From: Sminthopsis crassicaudata
Taxonomy: Eukaryota
Length of the DNA: 64,000 nucleotides
Reading direction: 5' to 3'
NCBI RefSeq assembly: GCF_048593235.1
Contig: NC_133618.1
Coordinates: 243,003,882-243,067,881 of the forward strand
In this document: piece after piece, positions 11,536-23,485 of the stretch
How the letters are laid out: every line of letters starts with the position of its first letter
How positions within the stretch are numbered: position 1 is the first letter of the stretch
Translations under genes and position numbers: made by a program
The notes under the pieces: model-generated
Told to the model about the DNA's origin: nothing
Databases searched by the model: none
Seen by the model: only the letters and a program-made list of their open reading frames with translations

Positions 11536-14500
11536 AAACACACAATGTCTTCCCCTTTCACTTGCTTTTGAGCCCTGTCAGGAGGTTCAGCCTCCAAAAA
11601 GTCAGCCAGTGAGTGAAAACGAAAGGCTGGCCTGACTCATTTTATAACTTGTTTTCTTTTTTTGGTAATAAGACCACCAAGGGCTGAGGCTTCAGGTTTC
11701 CAGAGCCACTGATCAGTAGGCCTGGCAAAAGGGTCTGTCAACTGGCCAGCTCACAGCCTCCTAATCTTCAGCCCCAGCCACTCAGTGTGGGACAGTGATA
11801 AAGCCCAATATCCTTAACTCTCAGTGTGGGCTGGCCTGGGCCAGGCTAACATTTATTACGTACACATTCTTATGATCTAGGGCTGTTGTTAAGCTCTTTT
11901 CTTATGACAAAGAGATTATTGGGTATGGGGAAAGACAATTTTTCTGGGTGTCCCAGCAGCACAAAGACAGATTCTGGGATCCTTGACTGGAGGATGGAAC
12001 CCACAAGAGACCTTGGCAGTTCTGACTTTGCCTTGCTTGAGTGTTCTTGTCTGAGTTGTGTGAAGGCCTCAAGCAGACTAAGAAGGGTTCTCATAAGAGA
12101 CCAGAAACACTTCAGTATTAAGGTCCAAAGTATGACCCATAGCTCATTGAGAACAGTAGCATTTAGAGCCCAAAGACCATTTAGTGTAATCTCATTTTAC
12201 AGATGTGGAAATTGAGTCCCACAGAAGTACATAAGAAATGGGATTTGAATCCACTTCTCTCAATTCCAAATTCCACTTACATTTCTCTAACACTTTATGG
12301 TTTACAAAGTACCTTTTTAGCAACAATCACAGGAGGTAAGCTGTTTAAAAACTCATATCTTGGGGAAATGAAAACTCCAAATGGTTGTCTACAGTTTTAC
12401 ATAGTTGGTGAGCATCAGAACCAGGACAGAAAACCATGTCTTCTCTCCAGGTCCTCATGAATAAAAGACCATTGAGACCATCTAGTCCTAACCCAACCCC
12501 ACATTTTACAGATGAAGATACTGAGATCTAGAAAGGGGAGTGGCTTGTCCAGTCATACAGATAGTCATAAGAAAAACTAGGAATGGAACCCTACATTTTT
12601 TTTTTTATTTCCAAGTTTAGAGCTCTCTCCAACCCATAAGGCTGCTTCTCAGAATGTTGCAGCTTATAAGAGACCTGAAAGACCATCTGGTCCAACATTT
12701 GACAGCAGAGAACGGCTAAATTACTTCCTTTCCTTGGATAACCAGGTCATTCAAGGTAGCAAAGTTTAGAACCCTAGATTCCCCAACTTGAAATCCCTTG
12801 CTTTTTCTTTCATACTTTTAGAGGCATCTGTGGATCCTGGAAGGGCAGGGGAGAATCACTACCATTCCACATTCACTCTGGGCAACTCATTATAAATATA
12901 TAGGGGTTCCTGTACCACGGGAGCTTACAATCTAATGGTAGGAATAAGATACACACAGAGACCCAAAAATCACACATGCTATGGAAACATAGACACATAC
13001 ATAATTGTTACCAGTCATATCCCAATAAACATATAATGCTTTAAAATTTAAATTTAAAGTTTTAATATGAAAATGTTAGTTTTAAGGTACTTTGCAAAGT
13101 ACTTCATATACATTATTTTACTTCATCTTCACAATGACTCTAGGAGGCTAAAAAAAGTCTAGTCATTTGATTTCATCAGTATTTGGAACTCATGGTGAGG
13201 AATTCCTTTTACCAAGGCAGATTGTAATTCATAAATCTTTGAGAGTTTCTGGAAACATTGGGATAATTTTTCATCTCAGATGATTAGATAATTTTTAGAG
13301 TTAGGTGATTTTTCCATGACTACATACCCCCAGGGCAGAGGTTAGACTCCACTCCAGTGTTCCTGACTCTACAATTCCCTGATTCTTCTCAAGATAGCTA
13401 GGACACTGTTATCCCTATTTTTGCAAATAAGTAAACAGAGATTCAAGAGAAGTCAACTAGCTTGTCCAAAGTTACATAGGAAATGTCAAAGGTAGTAATC
13501 AAGCCCAGATCTTTCTGAGCTGCTGTTTGGGGAATGGGCAAGAACACAAGAGTTAACCTGGGAAGACTCCCTGGAGGAAGTGGATTTGAAAGAAGAGTCT
13601 TTGAATTTGAAACAGTATTTACTGAGTACTATTTCTGAAATAATCCAAGTCTTTTGATACCAACTTTAGGGCCCCTGTTGCCCATATAATAATGTCAGAT
13701 TCAAACTTGGTCAGATTCTGTGCTACAGAGCTAGGACACAATAGAAAGGCGGAGAATTGTAAGAAATAATCTATAATTGTGTGGTAAAGAAGTCTGAGGA
13801 TAAATAGATATGCCCACTTGAGGCTTCCCTTCTGAAAGAACATGGACATGTATATTTGATTTTTTCTCTTTCCTTTCTTTTATTTTTATTTAATTATTTA
13901 TTTTAAAGTAGAGGCAAGATGAGGTGAGATAAGTGGGCTGGGACAGATGATTGATACAGACCCCTCAGGACAATGGGTTGAGCAAGGAAACCACAGCTAA
14001 AATTGAAGTTGTGGTAACCTTTCTGAAAGAAAGAAAAACAATCAGTGCGTGGCTACAGGTTAGACAGGCCCTCTCTGTGCCTCTGAGCTGCCTGGAGGAG
14101 GATGGTTGATTTCACAACTGAGGTTCCCTCCAGACTAACATTTCTCAGGCAGGATGGTCAAAGCCCTTAAGGGAGATTAGGCCTCTCTGGGAGGGCCCTG
14201 GAGTCACCAGCTGCAGAGTTTTGAATAACTGTTTTGCGGTGACAACTCCAGCAAGATGAGCTGCCAGCTGATTTGTTTTTCCTTTGAGTGGAGGGGTGCT
14301 GTGGGGTATGAGGAGGTGGAAGGGGTGACTTGATAACTTATGAAGCTCTTTTTCTTCTTATTTTTCTTCTCGTTTGGATCACCTGTGTAAGGTGAACTGC
14401 CTTCTGAGTCACAATCTAGAGAACAAAGGACTTAATGCTGGTCTTAGAGCTCATCTAGTGCCTTATTTTACAGAGGAAGAAAGAGAATCTCATATTTACA

Positions 14501-14913
14501 CAGCTAGAAAGGAGTAGCAAAGTCCAAGATTCAAGTCCAGTTCCAGGGACTCCAGATCCAGGGCCAAGGCTTTTTTCCATACTGCTAGACACTCTCTAAT
14601 TCCAGTTTCCTTACTTTACAAATGAAGAAACTGAGAACCTGGGAAATAGAATGCCCAAAGTTACATAGCTAGTAGTAGCAGTTAACATCCGAAATCAGGT
14701 CCTTTGATCCCAAGCCCAGAATGGCTTTTCACTCTATCACAGATCATCTCATTCTAGTCCAATGCCCTTATTCTGTATTGTGAAAAGTAAGGCCCATTAA
14801 GGCTAAGTGATTAATGGCTCACCTCTCCTTAGAAGCTTCCTTCTTCCCCACTCCCCTCAAGCCACTCAGCCAATTCCCCTGAGACTGAACAAAGCACAGA
14901 CTACCCAGTCCAT

Positions 14914-15271
14914 GGGTGGGTGGAGATTTAGAGGGGCTCTTAGCAAGCATTAAGGAAGGGGGTAGCTGCTGTGGAAGGTCCCTCAGCAAGCAATGAAGAG
15001 GGGTTGCTGCTGTGGGAAGTCTCTCAGCATGCAGTAAGGGAGCTGGGTGGCTTCTGGAGGGGACCCTTAGCAGGCAGTAAAGAGGGGTAGCTGCTGTGGA
15101 AAGGGCCCTCAGAAAGCAGTAAAGAGGGATAGCTGCTGTAGAAGAGGCCTTCAGCAAGCAGTAAAGGAGCTGGGTGGCTTCTGGAAGGGGCTCTCAGCAA
15201 GTAGTAAAGAGGGGTAGCTGCTGTGGAAGGGCTCTCAACAAGCAGTAAGGGATAGGGAATGGCTGCTGTGG
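14914..15271. repeat. minisatellite of 39-45-bp units with a 127-bp higher-order period
   Basis: Units B'(about 14914), A(14957), A(15000), B(15039), A(15084), A(15126), B(15166), A(15211), then a degenerate unit. Confidence 0.93.
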
Positions 15272-16673
15272 TGGGAGTGGAAGGAATTTTTTTTGGAGGG
15301 GTAGGCAGATTTTTATAGGTTCTTATTTTGAAGTATTAGAAAAGTAGCCTTGCTTTTACCCACAGTGCATGGAGCCTTGCTGTCTCCCTCCCACCCTCCC
15401 CCACACACATATTGGAGCTTCCCCAAGTGCTGAGCTGCCATTTGTCTGTGGGGAGGGTGCTCAAGGCCCAAATTGCTCCAAGCCTGAGAGTTAAGTGCCC
15501 AAGAAATGTGAGCAGGAGAATCCAGCCCCTGGGGAAAGCCAATCCCTTAAGAATGGGCTCTGGCATGTGTGTTTAAGTAAGCCCTTTTGTGCCCAGGCCA
15601 TGGGCCAAGTCTGAGCCACCTCAAGTGCAACAGTCAGGTGTTGGGGGAGGGGTCACTAAAGAAGGCCCTTGCCAGGCCCTAGGATAATTAGGGAAGAAAG
15701 GAAAAGAAAAGGACAAGAAATATAGAAGAGGAAAGGAGTCAGGGAAAAGAATGGAGTGATGTATTCAGTCTAATATATTACCTGGGTAGCATTGGAAGAA
15801 TAAATTCCTCTCAACCTCAGTTATAAAATGAGGAATTAAACTAGGATCAGAAATTTAGAGCTAGGACCTTAGAATACACTTGGTTCAAACTATTTTACAG
15901 ATAAGGAAACTGAGGTCCAAATCACCCTAATAACAAGGGCAGAATTTGCACCCAAGTACTCTGACTCCAATTCCAGCATTCTTTGCACCATTTCACACTA
16001 CAAGGTCCCTTTTAGGCCTAACTCCTAATATCAGTCCTGTGACTTGTAGAAATTCCCTCCAGTGATTCTAAAATTCCAAGATCCTATGTGATAAGAAGGG
16101 ATAGAGGGATACAGAATGCATCAGGGACCCCTGGGGACATAGGCTGCTCTCATTGCCCTAGATCACCTTGCCCAGACCCAAATCTCTTCTACAACACTTT
16201 ACAACCACTTCTCCTTTCCACAGTTATCTCCACCATTCTCTCTCCCTTCCAGATCTACTTTATGTATAATCTCCCATTAGAATGTGAGATCTCTAAGTCC
16301 AGGGTCTCTTTTCCCCCCCAGGCATTCCTGGTACTTAGCAAATGATTAATAAAAGGTGCTCTGTATTTTTGTCTGCCTGTTGTTCTCCTGGATGCTATCA
16401 GCAGGACAAGATCTGGAAGAACCTACTTCTTTATTTAAAAACTATATTGCTTGTATGAATGTGGTATGTGTGTTTGCACCTGTGAGCTCCAGGCAATTCT
16501 GTAAGATTTTAAATTACACATGATTTGCTGAGCTACCTTGTGGGAGGAAATTTGCATACTAAGAGTTACCTATATTAAAGAAATCTCAAGTCTAGATTCC
16601 CCTGCCCAACAGGAGAAAATGCTGGTATATGAATATAATGTGCTAAATCCTTTATTACACATGAAGTATATAA

Positions 16674-16910
16674 TAGGTAGCTAGGTGGCTCAGTAGAGAG
16701 AGTGCTGAGCCTGAAGTCAAGTCAGAAAGACCTGAGTTCAAATGTGGCTTCAGACATTTGCTAACAGTAAATCATTTAATCCGGTTTACCTCAGTTTCTT
16801 CATCTGTAAAATGAGTTAGAGATGGAAATGGCAAAAATACTCCATTATCTCTGCCAAGAAAACCCCACAGGGTTATGAAGAGTCAAGCACAATTCAATCA
16901 CAAGAACAAA
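16674..16910 (+). mobile_element. MAR1 SINE
   Basis: tRNA-like head (gctaggtggctcag, gagttcaaat), CORE, gaaatggcaaaa...ccaagaaaacccc. Confidence 0.88.
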
Positions 16911-17679
16911 AAGGGAGAGGGAACAAGGGAAGACTTCCTAGAAGAGGTGGCACTTTAATATTGGAGGAACTCTGGTATATGAGTCTGCTCTCCCAAATCA
17001 GTGACAATTATTTGCTGAGCACCCACTATGCTCAGATCCTTATTCTAGGTGCTATTCTAGGCTTATTCTCTTGTGCTTTAAAATGTTGCTGAGAAAACAA
17101 TGGATTGATTTAAATGCACAAACATTCAGTAAATAATCATGTGGAAGGTCCTCTTTTGGGCTCTGGGCTCTGGGCACACAGCACTAGACCAAATGCAAAG
17201 GTGGTTGGTCCCAGATTGATAAATCAAGCATTCCTTTCAGTCCAGAGGGGTAAAAATAGCTTTTTACAGGCAATAGGTGCTGCAATCGCCAGGGTTACTC
17301 AGTGCCATATACACTTGTGGTCGGAGCCTATAACAGGCATTTGGGACAATCTATCTCAATAAGTGAATGAGAGAGGGTTAAGGCACCCCTTTACCCCCTC
17401 AGGGGCCCTCAGGAAAGATGATTGTGACTTGGCTCCACCTTATCACAGCCACTGAAGGTGGAGAAACTTGTTGTCAGCCTGGTGACTAAAATAGTCCTTG
17501 TCGGGTCTGTCCTCCAATCTGTAGCACACTCTTAGAAAGACATTAGTGGTATCTGGGTCTGACGTGCAACTGAGATTGTCTGTTCTGGCTGAGACACTTT
17601 TTTCCCTCTTCCCCATCAGCCAAAAGGAGTCATGTGCTGTTGTGCCCTGAATATTGACCAGATATTGGCAGTAACTCAA

Positions 17680-17830
17680 GACAAGCCAATAAGCATTTGT
17701 TAAGAACTTACTATGTGCCAGGCTCTGTGCTAAGTGCTTGGGATAAAAAACAGCCCCTGCCCTCAAGGATCTTACATTGTAGTGGGTGAGACAACTTGCA
17801 AATAATTATGAACAAACAAGATATATCTCC
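17680..17830 (-). mobile_element. L2 3' end
   Basis: ataagcatttgttaagaacttactatgtgccaggctctgtgctaag...cctcaaggatcttacatt. Confidence 0.88.
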
Positions 17831-17847
17831 AATAATCTTCCCTCCCT

Positions 17848-18437
17848 NNNNNNNNNNNNNNNNNNNNNNNNNNNNNNNNNNNNNNNNNNNNNNNNNNNNN
17901 NNNNNNNNNNNNNNNNNNNNNNNNNNNNNNNNNNNNNNNNNNNNNNNNNNNNNNNNNNNNNNNNNNNNNNNNNNNNNNNNNNNNNNNNNNNNNNNNNNNN
18001 NNNNNNNNNNNNNNNNNNNNNNNNNNNNNNNNNNNNNNNNNNNNNNNNNNNNNNNNNNNNNNNNNNNNNNNNNNNNNNNNNNNNNNNNNNNNNNNNNNNN
18101 NNNNNNNNNNNNNNNNNNNNNNNNNNNNNNNNNNNNNNNNNNNNNNNNNNNNNNNNNNNNNNNNNNNNNNNNNNNNNNNNNNNNNNNNNNNNNNNNNNNN
18201 NNNNNNNNNNNNNNNNNNNNNNNNNNNNNNNNNNNNNNNNNNNNNNNNNNNNNNNNNNNNNNNNNNNNNNNNNNNNNNNNNNNNNNNNNNNNNNNNNNNN
18301 NNNNNNNNNNNNNNNNNNNNNNNNNNNNNNNNNNNNNNNNNNNNNNNNNNNNNNNNNNNNNNNNNNNNNNNNNNNNNNNNNNNNNNNNNNNNNNNNNNNN
18401 NNNNNNNNNNNNNNNNNNNNNNNNNNNNNNNNNNNNN
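17848..18437. other. assembly gap (590 N), flanked by CT-rich sequence
   Basis: Run of N between cctccct and cttcctctttctt, suggesting an unassembled CT-rich microsatellite. Confidence 0.99.
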
Positions 18438-19049
18438 CTTCCTCTTTCTTCTCCCTTCTAACATTTATATAGGACTAAAGGTTTATAAAGCACATTATTC
18501 CCAGTAACTCTGTGTTACAGATATCCCAAACATCATTATCTGCATTTTACATATGAGCAAAGTAAAGCTCAGAGAGCTAACATGACATTTCTGTTGTCCC
18601 ACAATTGAGTCATTTCTAGCATGTGAACCCAAATCTCCTGACTCCAGAATTCTTTATAACAAAGCCATCCCTTTGGATTGGATATCCAATTTGCCTTCAG
18701 CTTTACCAGTACTACAATAAATACTGCCTCAGCCCAGTGGAATCTGGCAGAAACTCTAAAATCTACCCAGCTTGTCTCAGACTATTTTTCTCTTTTTGCC
18801 CTTCCCTTTTCTTTGAACAACATTTCAGTTGTTCCAGTCAATCCAGATTCTGCTAAATGGGTGAAGATAAAATAATTACTAGCATTGGAGAATATCAACC
18901 GTGTCAGGGCCCTCAGAGATCATCTCAGCCATTGTATTCATTTTACAGATTCAGAGACCTGAGGATTTGAGAAATGGCTTTTCTGAGTTACAGAGCTAGA
19001 ACCTGAACCTAGGTTTCCCATTTCCCAATCTAAAGCTCTTTCCATTCAT

Positions 19050-19290
19050 AATAATAATAGCTAACATTTATCAAGTACTCACTATGTGACAGGCACTATT
19101 CTAGACACTTTACAAATATTATCTCACTTGATACCTCACAAAAAATAGGTGCTATTATTGTCCCCATTTTACAGATGGGGAAATTGAAGAAGACAAAGGC
19201 AAAATGACTTGTGCAGGATCACACAACTAGTAAGTTTCTGAGACTACAGTTGAACTCAGGTCTCTTTAACTCAGGGTGGTCTATCCCTTG
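19050..19290 (-). mobile_element. MIR (representative of many copies, e.g. about 12130, 12460, 14400-14800, 35715, 38930, 47050, 56050, 59050, 62920)
   Basis: ataataatagctaacatttat...ccccattttacagatggggaaattga (MIR CORE). Confidence 0.85.
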
Positions 19291-20824
19291 CTCTATCTAC
19301 ACTAAGATGATAAAGACCTAGGATAACTGTTTCCCCTTGTAGATAATTGTTCTCTGAAATAATCTAAGTTCCATATAGATCTGTTGACAATGAGTTCCTA
19401 ACTGGGGCTTCAAGGTGCATTTGGGGGTCACCCTTTCCTTTTAGTTTCAGTTCCAATCTGGTCTGGTATCAGCAGACCAATTTCCTTTATGGGGAGGGTA
19501 TCTCTGAAGATGAAGGTAGATGGGGGTGGGGAGGTTGGGGGAATATATTCTTTGGTTTCATGGGCTGCTTGTGACTGTTCAGCAAAGGTCTTGCTTCCTT
19601 TGGAACTGATCGTCCCTCAGCAAAGTCTGGGTAAAGTCTGGGTACTGTTTGTTGTTATTTTCAGGATGGCTGTATCATATTCACTCTGCATCCCAAGGAG
19701 CAGCAGGGATGATGCCTTGGAGGACAGAGCTGGGTAACAGGGCAAGGCACAGCTGCATTTGTGCCTTTCCTCGTGATCTCCCTAACAGCATAAACAGTGC
19801 CTCACAGAGCTGACCCACGGCCCTGCCAATGCATGTCTCTGATGGCGCATGCTGAGGAATGATTTGTGAAGAGCTGTGGGGTTCTCTCCCAGAACCTTTT
19901 GAAGCTGCTGTTACTGATGGCCTAACCTTAGCCCCGAGCTTCCTCTTCTTTCCCTTATCAATCTGTCTTGGATCTGCCATCCTAGAAGCATTCTGGAGAC
20001 CTGGGTCTGAGTCACAACCCCACCCCCCCAATAGCTATGTGATCTGGAACAATTCAATTTTATAAATACAACAGTCATTTATTAAGTAAGTACCAATGAA
20101 AATAAGGCATTGCTAGGCAGTGGGGAGACATGAGTGAGTATGATGTTCCCCCTGTTCTGGAACATGACCTGTTATTTGGTGGACAGTAAGGAAAGAAGGA
20201 CAAGTTCACAAATGCAAATGACACAAAGCAAGCAGAGAGGGGAGATCTAGGTAAAGTTGTATAAGAAGTTTAAGGAGGGAAGGATAACTTTAGGTGGGGG
20301 GATGCCATTGTAGGGAGAAGGCTTCACTGGGGGAGCTAGAGTCTAAGTTGGGTCCTGAAGAAAAGGAAGCCTTCAGTATTCAGAAATTGGGTAGAGGGGA
20401 GTAGAGTTCATTCCAATTATGGGGGAGCACAGAAGCTGGGATGATAATGAAGAAACAGAGAGGAGTCTATTTGGCCCAGAATGCAGAGACTCTGAATCTC
20501 AGAGTCGACTCTGAGGTTATTTAATCCAAATGAGATCTGGACATCGTTGATATATTGAGGCAGTGCCATGTAGTGGATAAGACACCAGATTTGTAGTCAG
20601 ACTCCTGGGTTCAAATCTCACCTCATAGATTAGTTAATCTCTTTGAATGTCAGTTGCCTCCTTTGTAATATGCTGTTCTCACGGATCTTGTTTCCTTTCC
20701 AGATCTAAGTCTATGGTTCCATGATAGGTGATTATCCAACTTAAGTTTGAAGATTTTCAAGGCTGGGTTGTTACCTGAGGCAGCCCATTCTTTCTACTTT
20801 TAGAAGGCTCTACTCATTATGTAG

Positions 20825-20930
20825 AGGTGAAGGAAATGGGAATCCACTCCAGTATCTTTTCCAAGAAAACCCCATAGATGGTGTAATCTAAGGGTTCACT
20901 AAAAGTTGGTTACAACTGAATAACAACTTC
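20825..20930 (+). mobile_element. MAR1-type SINE 3' part
   Basis: gaaggaaatgggaatccactccagtatcttttccaagaaaacccc. Confidence 0.75.
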
Positions 20931-21624
20931 TCAATATGAATGAAATTTTTTTAGTAAGTTATATGACCACCCTGGGCCTCAGTTTACTCAAATACAAAAA
21001 TGAGGAAGAGGTAGATTAAATAATAATCTCTTGAAATCCCTTTCAGCTATATTTATAAATTTGTTAATTTAACCCCCTTTGAAATATTTATATTTTTGAT
21101 ATGTCCCACTGGGGATACCAATTTATATATTTATTTCCTTTTTACTTTTGCCTATAATCCCTTTCATTAAAATGACATTTTACATGTTGAAGCACTTATA
21201 TATTCATACTTTCATTTGAGTTTCACTAGAACCAGGGAAAGAAGGCAGAAAGTGAACCTTAGAGAAGGAAAGGGATGGGATTATGCAATTTGGCAAGTAG
21301 ATATTCATTCTTCTGGCATCTCTCTTCAAGGTTTGAAGGAGAACCCTATTTCTGGTATTTTAGATATGGACCATCAGGCTCGTGCTTCCCTTCTCCAAAC
21401 CTTTCATGATTTTATAAACTCTGATCTCAGACTCTCCGAGCAAAGTTCAATGCTCCTGAAGAATCCTAAATTCTTAGATATTCTGTCCTAAGATGGCAGT
21501 GCTCTTCCATCTCCCACCCTTAATTTTATAGATGGGGAAATATGAGGGTTCAATGCAATAAGGGATTTGTCAGGGGATTTGTAGCTTAAGTGTAGGAGGC
21601 AGAACTCAGACTCACAAACCCACT

Positions 21625-21866
21625 GGCATTAGATAATGCCAGCTCTGAATCCATTTTTTATCTTGTGAACTTCTTTGGAAGACCCAGAAATTCCGTGGAA
21701 TTCTCAGAAAAGTGTTTTTAAGTAATTTAAGGAGATGATAAATTTTAATGAGAGAATAGCGAAAAGAAAAATGCCATTTATCCCTATCCTAATTTATGGG
21801 TCCCCTTGAAATCTATCCACTGACCTCCTCAGGAGTCCACAGACCCCAGGTTAAGACCCTCTGCTT
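21625..21866. mobile_element. hAT-type MITE
   Basis: gggtccccttgaaatctatccac...ccacagaccccaggttaagaccctctg is a typical hAT MITE end. Confidence 0.6.
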
Positions 21867-22319
21867 TAGAGTTAATTTATTGTTCCTTGCCCTAAGCTGC
21901 CTCCCACCCCCTTCATTTAATTCCTTTGTGGCAGTGTGGGATGGGGTAGGTTCAAGCTTTCTGTTCAGTTGGCCAGGGAGCTCTGTAGGGTGCATTAGGC
22001 TTTGGGCTCTAGTGTTGATTTTCTGTGGGGGTGAAGTTGCAGTTGCCACAGCAGCATGGTCTCCTTTTCTGTGTCAGTGAATGCAGCCTCTAGCACTCCA
22101 CATGGGGTAGTGGTCCCTTGACTTATATGGTGGAGACACACAAACCACAGCCCAACCTTTGTCAGCGTCCCCCACACTGGTCTAGGGATCCTGGAAGAAG
22201 AAATCTAGGGCTCCTCACCCTGTTATCCCAATCCAAGGAGCTGAAATTCTGGCTCTCTTTTCCTCTAGGCCTGCTGGGGCTCTGGGCTTTCACTCCTGCT
22301 TGCGAAAATTTCACCATGT

Positions 22320-23060
22320 GAACGCATTCCTGCCCTATAACTTCACCTTTAATCTGGGCTGGGGCAATGCTATTTTTATTATGTGTGACAAGAACAGGAG
22401 AAGTGAGGAGGGGTGCTCACAGGGTGGGAGAAAGGAATGAGAGGAGAGAAAGGAAAGGAAGGTGTGGGGTGATCAACGCCTGCAGCTGTTGTGATAACCA
22501 CTCCAAAATCCAGGCGATATATTTCCCAGTGGAATGTGATTCTGTTTCTGGGAATAGCCCTCTAGGATCTGGAAAGGACCTGGAGACAAAGTCATTAGGT
22601 CCTTCCTATGAGGGAATGTCCTTGGGGGAAGTATCATAGAAAAGATAGGCCTGGTTCTGAGCCCCCCACCCCTACAGCTACCCACAAAGTAGTCATTTCA
22701 GAGTGAGCTCACTCCACTGATTATTAGAGCAAAGATAATCCTTTCAGATCCCTCGCTTAGCACAAAGCCTTGAATAAAGTCGGCAATTATTAAGTGTGTG
22801 TTGAATTGAAATTGTTAAAACACAGACAATAAACGAGGGGGCAGATAATAGCAGAGAGGTAAGTGGAAATGCTGACAATATCAGAAGACATTCACCTCCC
22901 TTCCACTTTCCCAACTCTCTCTGTCCTATCAGTGAGAACATCTGTTAAACTTCTCACTGTCACTCAGTGTTTTCCAGGGACAAGAGGTTAACACAAATCC
23001 CTCTCTATCAATAGTCTTGGAGATAAGCTTCCTGATGGATGGGTAAGAGGAAGTAAGGGG
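22320..23060. promoter_or_regulatory. candidate enhancer/promoter (TEAD x4, MEF2-like, E-box, GATA x6, RUNX, ETS)
   Basis: Motif cluster in mostly non-repeat sequence with a few retained CpGs; motif evidence only. Confidence 0.45.
22933..23042 (+). other. candidate 110-nt exon (5' UTR plus a possible ATG) after a 74-nt GT-AG intron (22859-22932)
   Basis: GAG|GTAAGT donor, 34/40 pyrimidine tract and CAG acceptor, then a TGG|GTAAGA donor. Confidence 0.4.
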
Positions 23061-23485
23061 AGGGGGGAGGTGTCTTTAAATGAAGGCTCAATAGTACTAA
23101 ATGACTACAGAACTGTAATCTTTCCTCGTGTGAAGGTTGGGGACCGGTCCCTTATATCTTTTCTTCTGCATATTTATGTATTTGGCATGTCAATCGATCA
23201 AGTTTTTATTATGAGGCAGTTCAGTGGAACTAGATAAATCTTTGAAACTGGAGTCAGGAAGATGGAGGTCAAAGCCAGCCTCAGACACTTACTAGCTGTG
23301 TGACACTGGACAATTTACTTCATTCCTCCCTGCCTCAATTTCCTCATATGTAAAATGGGGATAATAATAGCACCTACCTGTTAGGGTTATTGTGAATATA
23401 TTAACCTATGTAAAATACTTTGTAAATTTTAAGGTGCTAGATAAATGCTAATTACTATTATAATTATTAGTTATTACCTTTTCCT

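Noticed and set aside
14819-15157. 112-aa minus-strand ORF with repeated STAATPLYCLLR
   Set aside because: This is the translation of the minisatellite; unit lengths are not consistently multiples of 3.
14914-15271. CRISPR-like regular repeat
   Set aside because: Contiguous diverged units with no unique spacers, no cas genes, and a mammalian context.
15415-15630. Three NKX2-type YAAGTG motifs
   Set aside because: Short motif with a count compatible with chance and no supporting structure.
17772-18472. ORFs over 200 aa (also 7046, 33109-33441 and 59308-59685)
   Set aside because: They consist of X residues from N-gaps.
22530-22545. TGGAATGT matching the miR-1/206 seed; near-match to miR-146 at about 59657
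   Set aside because: The rest of the mature sequence does not match and no precursor hairpin is evident.
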